8,582 bases of DNA from Nitrososphaerota archaeon (GCA_002713205.1 PAVW01000006.1:139204-147785), one strand, 5' to 3'. Shown: positions 1-7,096, counted from the first letter of the stretch. Translations and numbers: made by a program. The notes: a model not told the origin generated them from the sequence alone.

Positions 1-1
1 A

Positions 2-583
2 GGTAATATTAAAGGCAATTGGCAAGTACCAGTAAGAAGACAAAATGACTGCATGGTAGAGAATGGATATATAATAGTTGGAGATGCAGCATGGCTACCA
101 CGTCCAATTGATGCTGGAGGCATAGGTCCTGGAATATTTGCAGGTGTTATTGCTGGAAAAACAATTACAACGGCGTTACAAGCAGAAGACTACAGTCAAG
201 GTAGTTTATGGAATTATAATACTGAATACGTGAGAAATTATGGATATCAAATGGCTAGTTTTGAAATATTAAGAAGATTTCTACAGATTGTATTAAATGA
301 GAAAATTAGCTATGGAATGAAGAATTTTCTCTCTGTAGATGATGTAGAAAAGATTACGTCAAGAGAACATCCGAGTTTTGATAAAGTAAATATGTTGAAT
401 CCGTTAATGTTAATAAAAATATTAACTCATTGGAGTTTAGCTAAGGAACTACGATATACTGCAAAAAAGAGCAGTGAATTAGTAAGACATAGTCAAAATT
501 ATCCTGATTCTCCTAAAGGTTTTCCTGAATGGAAAAATAAATTACATTTATTATTAAAAGAAGCTTATAGTCGTTTTTCTTAA
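2..583 (+). CDS. Geranylgeranyl reductase-family FAD-dependent oxidoreductase, C-terminal part (5' end off the left edge)
   Basis: The frame of the 53..583 ORF stays open back to nt 2 (GNIKGNWQVPVRRQNDC precedes the ATG at 53), so that ATG is internal. IVGDAAWLPRPIDAGGIGPGIFAG resembles the GDAA...G-x-G-I second FAD-contact motif of archaeal geranylgeranyl reductases. Stop TAA at 581-583. Confidence 0.65.
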   Translation, partial: GNIKGNWQVPVRRQNDCMVENGYIIVGDAAWLPRPIDAGGIGPGIFAGVIAGKTITTALQAEDYSQGSLWNYNTEYVRNYGYQMASFEILRRFLQIVLNEKISYGMKNFLSVDDVEKITSREHPSFDKVNMLNPLMLIKILTHWSLAKELRYTAKKSSELVRHSQNYPDSPKGFPEWKNKLHLLLKEAYSRFS

Positions 584-584
584 A

Positions 585-1610
585 TTAAGTTAATAGTTTG
601 TCAAGTGTTTGATTTTTAATACCAGTTTTTATTTCTAAAGCAATACGTCTACCCATACTCATATTTGCGCCATGAGTCAAGTAAGAATAAGGAGAGCCAG
701 TAGTAAATATATTTGTTCCTGCTACTATACGAGCAGAAAATTCAAATGCAATGAATTTTCCATTTGAATCATAAACACCTTCCATACAGAATGGGCCTGG
801 CATTCCAGGAGGAACTAATTCTCGACTAGCAGTTACAAAATTTTCTCCTATATCATATACTTCAACAAGGAGTGATTCTCGCAATACTAGAGGGAAATTT
901 CCAATCACAATATATGTAGGTGATAACTTTATTTCATTTTGATCAGTACTAGGAATTCGACCTAAACCATCTACATTGGTTTCATATCGTTTATCGATTC
1001 CAAATAGTTCTAATTCATTTTTAAGTGGTGAATAGAAATATTGAAAATAAACGGGAACCCCTACAATATATTCTTGAATTTGAAGTTCGTCGTCATCAGT
1101 CATTAAACCTTGTTTTTTGAATTTTTCTACATAAGAATAATAATCTTCAGAATTTTTAGCAAGAAAATAACCAGAACCTCCACGAGCTCCGGACAGTTTA
1201 GAAATAGTAAGACAATCAATTTCTTCGGGTGAATTAAATGTTTTTGGAATAGAAACTCCTGATTTTTGCATTAGTTGGGTTTTAAGGTTACGATCTGCTT
1301 CCCAGCGTAAAATATGTCTATTTCCAAAAATTGGAACATCGAGTTTTTCGATTTTTTCAATTCCCACTTCAGAAATCAATGTGCCATGAGGAATTAAAAT
1401 TGAATCAGTTTCTGATAGCTTATCTTTAATATCATCGTTCATAATTTCTTGGAAATCTTCAACTACAATATATTCGTCAATAAAATCATATCTTCGATAG
1501 AATTTTTCGCGAGATGATTTAGTAACTAAAACAGTATTAAATCCCTCTTCTTTAGCACCTTTAAGGACTTGTAATGAACAATGAGAACCTAAAGTTGCAA
1601 TACTATTCAA
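585..1610 (-). CDS. purP: 5-formaminoimidazole-4-carboxamide ribonucleotide (FAICAR) synthetase PurP, canonical-looking paralogue (ATP-grasp)
   Basis: 341 aa. Motifs IATLGSHCSL, PIFGNRHILRWE, glycine-rich loop SGARGGSGYF (nt 1164-1190), IQEYIVG, FGIDKRYETN, GPFCMEG and FEFSARIVAGTN match what I recall of characterised Methanocaldococcus jannaschii PurP. TTG at 1610 is the first canonical start after the in-frame stop at 1671-1673. It overlaps the upstream paralogue's TGA (TTGA, 1607-1610) and follows a GAGGTG box by 5 nt. Confidence 0.85.
   Translation of the reverse strand: MNSIATLGSHCSLQVLKGAKEEGFNTVLVTKSSREKFYRRYDFIDEYIVVEDFQEIMNDDIKDKLSETDSILIPHGTLISEVGIEKIEKLDVPIFGNRHILRWEADRNLKTQLMQKSGVSIPKTFNSPEEIDCLTISKLSGARGGSGYFLAKNSEDYYSYVEKFKKQGLMTDDDELQIQEYIVGVPVYFQYFYSPLKNELELFGIDKRYETNVDGLGRIPSTDQNEIKLSPTYIVIGNFPLVLRESLLVEVYDIGENFVTASRELVPPGMPGPFCMEGVYDSNGKFIAFEFSARIVAGTNIFTTGSPYSYLTHGANMSMGRRIALEIKTGIKNQTLDKLLT
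613..630 (+). terminator. Possible oligo-T termination signals for the GGR-family gene, inside the convergent purP coding region
   Basis: Two T5 runs (613-617 and 626-630), 30-47 nt after the TAA at 581-583. Archaeal RNA polymerase terminates at oligo-T tracts. T runs are common in this composition, so support is weak. Confidence 0.25.
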
Positions 1611-2701
1611 GTAACCACCTCGTCTAATCGTTCTTCTTTTATAGCTTCGGTAATTTCCATTGCAATTCTTTTACCAGTACCGAAAGATTCGCCATAGTAA
1701 TAATGTGTATAAGGACTCATCATTAAAACGGGGCTTCCAGGAACACGAGGTGAAACGTCAAATACAACTATTTCAAAATCTTTTGTAATTGCACTTTGTA
1801 ATGCAAATGGACCTATAAGACCTGGATGGAATTCTTTTTTAGTGCAATTAACAAATTTATTTCCCATTTCAAAAACTTTTTCAAGAAATGATTCACGAAT
1901 TGTAGCAGGCATATGTCCAACTTCAATATTTTGTAATTCAACATCAATCTCAAGTTGTTGCTTAGCAGGTAATGAAGTAAAATCATTAAGGTTAGTTTGT
2001 AAACGTCTATCAATACCAAGAAATTCTACGCGATCGTGAAGTATTGAATAAAAGAAATTAAAATTAAAATATGTGCCTAGTATAAATTCTTCTATACGAG
2101 CATCTGCAAGATCTTCTGCATTTATTATACCTTGGGCAATACGTTTTTCTGCTTTTTCATTAAATTCTTTATAGCTTGACGCAGTAAAGAAAGCACGTTC
2201 GATTTTACGTGTTGATTCCATGACTTTCACTATTACTAGACGATCAATGTCTTCTGGTTTACTAAATAACTTAGGATATCTAACGTTAGCTTTCTCAAGT
2301 AGATAATATTGATTTTTCTTTACATTGCGTTCTTCGGTGCGAAGCATTTGTCGGTTACCAAAGATAGGAATTTTTAGTGCATTTTCAATTGAATCATAAT
2401 CGATATAAGTAGTAAAGGAACGGTGAGGAATAATTATAGAATTTTTTGAAATTAGTGTTTGTTGTAATTTTTCTGTCATGATATCAGAAAATTTAGGTAG
2501 AATAATCATATCATCAACTATTCGAGTAAAATGAGCATAGGTTTTTTCTCTTCCTTTTTGGCAGATTACCAATGTATTGAGATTCTCCGACTTTGCGCCA
2601 TCCATAATATCTAACGCTGAATGACTTCCAAGAGCAGTAATGGAAATCTTACTAGAATTATAGTTTTTAACTATATTTTGGACAAAAGAACGGTCTATCA
2701 A
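1607..2701 (-). CDS. purP: PurP-family ATP-grasp protein, divergent paralogue (function not assumed identical to PurP)
   Basis: 364 aa. Family motifs ITALGSHSAL, IPIFGNRQMLRTEER, ARIEEFILGTYFNFNFFYS, LGIDRRLQTN and GLIGPFALQS are present. The Gly-rich loop is replaced by MESTRKIERAFF (nt 2186-2221), and SARxxxGTN by SPRVPGSP. TTG start at 2701; an in-frame TGA lies two codons upstream (2705-2707). The first internal Met comes after the conserved LGSHSAL box. Confidence 0.8.
   Translation of the reverse strand: MIDRSFVQNIVKNYNSSKISITALGSHSALDIMDGAKSENLNTLVICQKGREKTYAHFTRIVDDMIILPKFSDIMTEKLQQTLISKNSIIIPHRSFTTYIDYDSIENALKIPIFGNRQMLRTEERNVKKNQYYLLEKANVRYPKLFSKPEDIDRLVIVKVMESTRKIERAFFTASSYKEFNEKAEKRIAQGIINAEDLADARIEEFILGTYFNFNFFYSILHDRVEFLGIDRRLQTNLNDFTSLPAKQQLEIDVELQNIEVGHMPATIRESFLEKVFEMGNKFVNCTKKEFHPGLIGPFALQSAITKDFEIVVFDVSPRVPGSPVLMMSPYTHYYYGESFGTGKRIAMEITEAIKEERLDEVVT
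1616..1621 (-). promoter_or_regulatory. Shine-Dalgarno-like GAGGTG for the downstream purP paralogue, embedded in the last codons of the upstream one
   Basis: The plus strand reads CACCTC, so the minus strand reads GAGGTG, complementary to the archaeal 16S 3' end (..CACCUCC..). It lies 5 nt before TTG 1610. Confidence 0.55.
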
Positions 2702-2711
2702 TTCTCAATTA

Positions 2712-2718
2712 TTTTATA
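2712..2718 (+). promoter_or_regulatory. Candidate archaeal TATA box for the ABC transporter operon
   Basis: TTTTATA centred at 2715, 27 nt upstream of TTG 2742. This geometry puts the TSS at or next to the start codon (leaderless). No SD-like sequence occurs in the 40-bp spacer. Confidence 0.45.
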
Positions 2719-2728
2719 CAGCTATGCT

Positions 2729-2735
2729 TATTTAA
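2729..2735 (-). promoter_or_regulatory. Candidate archaeal TATA box for the purP-purP operon
   Basis: The minus strand reads TTAAATA, centred about 31 nt upstream of TTG 2701, implying a 5' UTR of only a few nt. AT-rich background makes chance matches likely. Confidence 0.35.
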
Positions 2736-2741
2736 TGATAA

Positions 2742-3461
2742 TTGATAATAATTCAAAATTTAACGAAATTGTTTGGGAAATTCAAAGCAGTAGATAGTAT
2801 TAATATTGAAATCAACAAGGGTGAAATTTTTGGTTTATTGGGGTTAAATGGAGCAGGTAAAACAACGACACAAAGGATGGTTTCGACAGTGTTTTTGCCT
2901 TCTAAAGGAGACATAATAGTCAATGGTAATGATGTGAGAACTGAGCCAGCAAAAGTTAGAAAAAGTATTGGATTCTTGCCAACTGAAGTAGGGCTATATG
3001 ATAGATTAACGGCAAATGAAGTAGTAAAATATTTTGGAATATTAAATGATTTAGATGAACAAGAAATAGATGAAAGGATCAAAAAACTTTTTGAAAAGCT
3101 TGCTCTTACAGAATATGCGAATAAAAGATGCTCGAAACTATCACGAGGAAATAAACAAAAAGTAGCAATTGCAAGAGCAATAATTCATGAGCCACCAGTT
3201 TTTATTTTTGACGAACCTACATCAGGATTAGATGTATTATCTTCTAGAGCAGTACTAGATTTTACAAAACAATGTAAAGCTGAAGGTAAAACAATACTTT
3301 ATTCATCGCATTTAATGAATGAAGCAGAAGAGATCTGTGATAGAATTGGAATAATTCATAACGGTAAAATATTAAAAACCGGAAATGTAAAGGAATTAGT
3401 TAAAGAATATGGAAAACTAGAAAATGTTTTTATTTCTTCAGTAAGGGGTGAAAAATCTTAG
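2742..3461 (+). CDS. ABC transporter ATP-binding protein (NatA-like, ABC-2 subfamily)
   Basis: 239 aa. Walker A GLNGAGKTT (from nt 2841), Q-loop region, signature LSRGNKQKV, Walker B VFIFDEPTSGLD, H-loop SSHLM. TTG at 2742 directly follows an in-frame TAA (2739-2741), and the N-terminus MIIIQNLTKLFG is typical of the family. Confidence 0.9.
   Translation: MIIIQNLTKLFGKFKAVDSINIEINKGEIFGLLGLNGAGKTTTQRMVSTVFLPSKGDIIVNGNDVRTEPAKVRKSIGFLPTEVGLYDRLTANEVVKYFGILNDLDEQEIDERIKKLFEKLALTEYANKRCSKLSRGNKQKVAIARAIIHEPPVFIFDEPTSGLDVLSSRAVLDFTKQCKAEGKTILYSSHLMNEAEEICDRIGIIHNGKILKTGNVKELVKEYGKLENVFISSVRGEKS
3444..3451 (+). promoter_or_regulatory. Shine-Dalgarno-like AGGGGTGA preceding the permease reading frame
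   Basis: G-rich octamer, rare in this AT-rich window, complementary to the 16S 3' end. It lies inside the last codons of the ATPase gene and ends exactly where the permease frame opens (3452). Confidence 0.5.
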
Positions 3462-4648
3462 GGATTAAACACATTAAAGCAGTATACAAAAAAGAATTAA
3501 CTGATATTCTAAGAGATAGACGAACATTAATTGCAACTGTAATAATTCCAATTTTATTAATTCCAATTTTAACATTTGGAATTCCATTGCTTTTTTCTAG
3601 TACGCAAGAGAGAATAGGAGAACAAACACAATATGTAGCTATAATCAACTATGAAGTATCGGAAAGCTTTGTTCAATTAATAGATAACAGTGGATCACTA
3701 AAAGTAGTAAATATAAATATGCCACCTGACGAATCAATTAGAAATGGAACAGTTGCAGTTGTATTAGAGATTCCAAAAGATTTTGATCAGAGAATAAAAA
3801 ACGAACAATTAGTCAACATAACAATATATTATGATGCTTCAAGTAGAACATCAACTATAGCTTATTCAAAAATAATGCAAGTTTTAGGCATGTATAGAAG
3901 CGATGTAGTAGACAACAGATTAGAAAGCAGAGAAATAGATCCGAAAATTTTACAGCCATTACGAGTATTTGCAGAAAATGTCGCCACAGAAGATGAAGTG
4001 TCAGGATATATGCTTTCATTAATTTTACCTCCTTTGTTAGCAATCATAGTTGCAACAGGAGGAATGAATGCCGCGATAGATTTGACAGTTGGAGAGAAGG
4101 AAAGACACACATTAGAAGCGTTATTAGTTACCGCAACAAGTCGAAGAGACTTGATCACAGGAAAATTTTTAGCTGTTGTAACTACAACTTTACTTTCTAT
4201 AGCTTTCATTATGTTAAGTTTATCAGGGTCAGTAGGTTATTTATCTAGATTACAGATACAACAAATGGAAATTTATCTAACATTACAAACATCAATCATT
4301 GTGTTTTTGATTTTAACATTAATGGCAATTATGATTGCAGCATTAGGAATGGCAATAGCAAGTTTTGCAAAGAGTTTCAAAGAAGCGAATAACTATCTCA
4401 CACCAATGTTATTTATAATTGTAATTCTTTCGTTTGGATCTTATGGAATTTCAATTGACGATGTAGGAATTATACCATTTTTGATACCTATATTAAATGT
4501 AACATTAGTAATTCAAGAAGTTCTTGTGAATAATTTCAATGCAATACATATGCTTGTAACAATATCTTCGACTCTATTAGTTTCCATGATAATGATTATA
4601 ATAGCAAGTTGGATTTTCCATAAAGAGAGTGTATTATTCCGTGCATAA
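3455..4648 (+). CDS. ABC-2 family permease (NatB-like) with a large extracytoplasmic loop after TM1; 5' end uncertain (track start TTG 3587 is probably internal)
   Basis: Contains the conserved GEKERHTLEALL box and about six C-terminal TM helices. The frame is open back to 3452 and encodes IKAVYKKELTDILRDRRTLIATVIIPILLIPILTFGIPL, a family-typical N-terminal box plus TM1. No ATG/GTG/TTG occurs in that stretch. In-frame ATC at 3455 lies 4 nt after the GGTG of an SD-like AGGGGTGA. The start given here is a hypothesis; the minimal ORF is 3587..4648. Confidence 0.75.
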   Translation: MLGIKHIKAVYKKELTDILRDRRTLIATVIIPILLIPILTFGIPLLFSSTQERIGEQTQYVAIINYEVSESFVQLIDNSGSLKVVNINMPPDESIRNGTVAVVLEIPKDFDQRIKNEQLVNITIYYDASSRTSTIAYSKIMQVLGMYRSDVVDNRLESREIDPKILQPLRVFAENVATEDEVSGYMLSLILPPLLAIIVATGGMNAAIDLTVGEKERHTLEALLVTATSRRDLITGKFLAVVTTTLLSIAFIMLSLSGSVGYLSRLQIQQMEIYLTLQTSIIVFLILTLMAIMIAALGMAIASFAKSFKEANNYLTPMLFIIVILSFGSYGISIDDVGIIPFLIPILNVTLVIQEVLVNNFNAIHMLVTISSTLLVSMIMIIIASWIFHKESVLFRA

Positions 4649-4673
4649 ATAACCAAATAGAAAGCACAGTTAA

Positions 4674-4680
4674 TTTATAA
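4674..4680 (+). promoter_or_regulatory. Candidate archaeal TATA box for the M24B peptidase gene
   Basis: TTTATAA centred at 4677, 25 nt upstream of ATG 4702, consistent with a leaderless mRNA. No SD-like sequence lies between them. Confidence 0.45.
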
Positions 4681-4701
4681 CATATACAATATTATTAACT
4701 A

Positions 4702-5814
4702 ATGAACAGAATAATCAAAAATCGCGTAAGGAAAATTTTTTCATTTGCAGAATCATCTGGAACTAAACCGGATGCAATTATTATTAAAAATGGAATTGAG
4801 GGTCAATTAGACTCGACATTTTTTTATTTAAGTAATATTCGATCGGGATTATTTGAGGGATGTTCAATAATTGCTTATCCGTCAGGTTCAATTTCCGTAC
4901 TTACTTCAAAATTAGAAGAACAAAGTGCATTAGAAACACCTGATATTGAAGTAATTACTTTTGAAAATGAAAGCGAATATAAGAAATTATTGAATAAAAA
5001 ATTAATGAAAATAAGGATTCTAGGAATAAATTATGGAGAAATAACATTAGGTAATTATCTATGGATTAAAAAGAATTTTCAAAGAATCAAATTAATTGAT
5101 CTAAGCAAACCAATTACTCGAGCAAGATGTATAAAAGATGAAATGGAGATAAAGCTATTAAAAAAAAGCGCCAATATAGCTAGTAAGGTTTTTCCGGTAA
5201 TAATTAGATCGTTGGAAAAAGATATAACAGAAAGTCAATTATCATCGATAATTAATTATAATATGGAAAATCAAGGAGCTTCTTCGCCATCGTTTCAAAC
5301 AATAGTAGCATTTGGTAAACATAGTGCAGAACCACATTATACACCACAGAATTATAAATTAAAAAGAAACAATTTAGTATTATGTGATTATGGAGCAAAA
5401 TATAACAGATATTGTTCAGATATTACAAGGACAATATTTTTTGGTAAGACAAACAAAAATATTAAGGAAATTTATGAAACAGTACTACATGCTAGTAAAA
5501 TAGGATTAAGTAAGATCAGAATAGGCGTTAAGGCAAGTGAAGTACATAATGCAGTAGAGGATTTTATTAATTCAACTAAATACAAAGGGCGTTTCATTCA
5601 TTCAACAGGACATAGCATTGGTTTAAATGTTCACGATGGTGCATCGATTAGTAGAAAATCAGAAGTAGTATTGGAAGAGGGAATGGTATTTACAATTGAA
5701 CCAGGGATCTATATTCCAAAACTAGGAGGAGTGAGAATTGAAGATGATGTAATTGTACGAAGAAATAAACCAGAAATTATAACAAAAGCGCCAAAAGAAT
5801 TAACAGAAGTGTAA
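4702..5814 (+). CDS. Xaa-Pro peptidase / prolidase, metallopeptidase family M24B
   Basis: 370 aa. Pita-bread metal-ligand pattern: CDYGAKYNRYCSDITRT (two Asp), HSTGHSIGLNVHD (His), FTIEPGIY (Glu), VRIEDDV (Glu). ATG start at 4702, 25 nt downstream of a TTTATAA box. Confidence 0.85.
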   Translation: MNRIIKNRVRKIFSFAESSGTKPDAIIIKNGIEGQLDSTFFYLSNIRSGLFEGCSIIAYPSGSISVLTSKLEEQSALETPDIEVITFENESEYKKLLNKKLMKIRILGINYGEITLGNYLWIKKNFQRIKLIDLSKPITRARCIKDEMEIKLLKKSANIASKVFPVIIRSLEKDITESQLSSIINYNMENQGASSPSFQTIVAFGKHSAEPHYTPQNYKLKRNNLVLCDYGAKYNRYCSDITRTIFFGKTNKNIKEIYETVLHASKIGLSKIRIGVKASEVHNAVEDFINSTKYKGRFIHSTGHSIGLNVHDGASISRKSEVVLEEGMVFTIEPGIYIPKLGGVRIEDDVIVRRNKPEIITKAPKELTEV

Positions 5815-7035
5815 TTATTCAATGGTTCTTATTGAAAAGCCTTTTTGTTTCAATATTTTGAACATTTCCTTGGTATGATCATGGCTTTTTGTTTCTAAGC
5901 TTATCAATACCTCGACAGGACCGAGACCTATTTTTTTATAGAAACGATCAACTTGTACATCAAGTATATTTGCATTATGAGAACCAATTAAACCCAATAT
6001 TTCCTTTAATGAACCTGGACGATCCTTTAATCCAACAATAAATCGGACAATTCGACCTTCACTGATTAAACCACGAGTGATTAATTTGTTCATAAGAGGC
6101 ATATCGACATTGCCGCCACTAATTATAGAAACAACATTTTTTCCCTTAATTTTTAATTTACCAGATAATATAGCAGCTAATGATGCGGCACCTGCAGGCT
6201 CAGAAACTATTCTGCTACGTTCTAATAACATGAACATAGCTTCTGCAATTTCAACATCAGTAACTGTAACTAAATCATCAACATATTTATCAACAATATT
6301 AAAGGTTAATTCGCCAGGAGTTTTAACATCAATTCCATCGGCAATAGTAAATCGAGAAGATACTGTAGTTAATTGCTTATTCTTCTTAGATTCAAGCATA
6401 GAGGACATAGATGAAGATTGCACGCCAATAATTTTGATGTTGGGATGTTTTTCTTTTAGTGCTAAAGCAAGTCCACTAATTAATCCACCACCGCCGACTG
6501 GAGCTACTATCACATCTACATTTTTCAAGGAATCAAGAATTTCAAGACCAATTGTCCCTTGTCCTGCAATTACTAAAGGATCATCAAAAGGATGAATCAT
6601 TACGGCAGAACTTTTTTTCATTATAGAAACAGCCTCAGAATATGATTCATCATAATTTGAACCTGATAACAAAATCGAAGCGCCATATCCAGCTGTAGCA
6701 GCAACTTTAGCAGTGGAAGCATTTTCTGGCATTACAATTGTACAAGGAATTTTTAATTGAGAAGCGGCAAATGCAGTTCCCTGAGCATGATTTCCTGCAG
6801 AAGCAGTAACAACATGTTTAGGAGTAGAATTATTTACATTTAGCATTTTCCAGTAAGCTCCTCGTACTTTAAAAGAACCAGTTTTTTGGAGGTTTTCTAA
6901 CTTAAGATAAACATTGGCTCCAGTAAATTTTGAAAAGGTTTCAGAACTATCAAGTGGAGTATTGTGTACAATAGATGATAATGCCTTCTTGGCTTGCCTT
7001 ACATTTTTAGATGAGAAATCAATAACAAGGTTCAA
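5815..7035 (-). CDS. ilvA: Threonine ammonia-lyase (threonine dehydratase), PLP-dependent, with a single C-terminal ACT-like regulatory domain
   Basis: 406 aa. PLP-lysine motif GSFKVRGA (K56), SAGNHAQG, glycine loop APVGGGGLISG. The C-terminal ~80 aa (RIVRFIVGLKDRPGSLKEILGLIGSHNANILDVQ) look like an ACT domain. TTG start at 7035; an in-frame TAA lies 11 codons upstream (7066-7068) with no other start codon between. Confidence 0.9.
   Translation of the reverse strand: MNLVIDFSSKNVRQAKKALSSIVHNTPLDSSETFSKFTGANVYLKLENLQKTGSFKVRGAYWKMLNVNNSTPKHVVTASAGNHAQGTAFAASQLKIPCTIVMPENASTAKVAATAGYGASILLSGSNYDESYSEAVSIMKKSSAVMIHPFDDPLVIAGQGTIGLEILDSLKNVDVIVAPVGGGGLISGLALALKEKHPNIKIIGVQSSSMSSMLESKKNKQLTTVSSRFTIADGIDVKTPGELTFNIVDKYVDDLVTVTDVEIAEAMFMLLERSRIVSEPAGAASLAAILSGKLKIKGKNVVSIISGGNVDMPLMNKLITRGLISEGRIVRFIVGLKDRPGSLKEILGLIGSHNANILDVQVDRFYKKIGLGPVEVLISLETKSHDHTKEMFKILKQKGFSIRTIE
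5842..5850 (+). terminator. Possible oligo-T termination signal for the M24B peptidase gene, inside the convergent ilvA coding region
   Basis: TTTTTGTTT, 28 nt after the TAA at 5812-5814. Same caveat as above. Confidence 0.25.
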
Positions 7036-7084
7036 TATACTCTTATATTTGAAATTATTGTTTTTTTACTCAATGAAAACAATT

Positions 7085-7096
7085 TTTATATATAAA
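7085..7096. promoter_or_regulatory. Perfectly palindromic TATA-like element TTTATATATAAA in the ilvA / PAC2 divergent spacer
   Basis: The 12-mer equals its own reverse complement. Its centre is about 55 nt from ilvA TTG 7035 and about 50 nt from PAC2 ATG 7140, so it could serve either or both directions with 20-30 nt leaders. Confidence 0.35.

Noticed and set aside
1813-2039. 68-aa (minus) and 65-aa (plus) ORFs
   Set aside because: Both are nested in the PurP-family coding region, in other frames or on the other strand. Their translations are L/I/K-rich junk with no start context.
2753-3082. 109-aa minus-strand ORF
   Set aside because: Antisense to the ABC ATPase region that includes Walker A, so it is a shadow ORF.
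3138-3164. ABC signature reads LSRGNKQKV rather than LSGGQ
   Set aside because: Degenerate signature motifs of this kind are common in NatA/ABC-2-type ATPases, and Walker A, Walker B and the H-loop are intact. There is no evidence of inactivation.
3450-3461. Programmed -1 frameshift on GAAAAAT fusing the ABC ATPase to the permease
   Set aside because: Only the A-site Lys codon could re-pair, so it is not a full X-XXY-YYZ heptamer, and I see no obvious downstream structure. The SD-like box also favours independent initiation. It is kept only as a minor alternative in the finding above.
3545-3571. Direct repeat ATTCCAATTTTA, 3-nt spacer, ATTCCAATTTTA (plus a third partial ATTCCA at 3581-3586)
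   Set aside because: It falls in frame within the permease TM1 and encodes IPIL-L-IPIL. This is codon-level repetition in a hydrophobic helix, not a CRISPR, IS end or regulatory repeat.
3430-3648. 72-aa minus-strand ORF across the ATPase/permease junction
   Set aside because: The plus strand here encodes the ATPase C-terminus and the conserved permease N-terminus, so the antisense ORF has no independent support.
3855-4209. 62-aa and 115-aa minus-strand ORFs
   Set aside because: Antisense to the permease loop, TM2 and GEKERHTLE region, so they are shadow ORFs.
6077-6595. 172-aa plus-strand ORF
   Set aside because: It lies entirely antisense to the strongly supported ilvA gene (PLP and Gly-loop motifs). 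It has a low-complexity S/T/I/P-rich translation with no motifs, typical of a shadow ORF.
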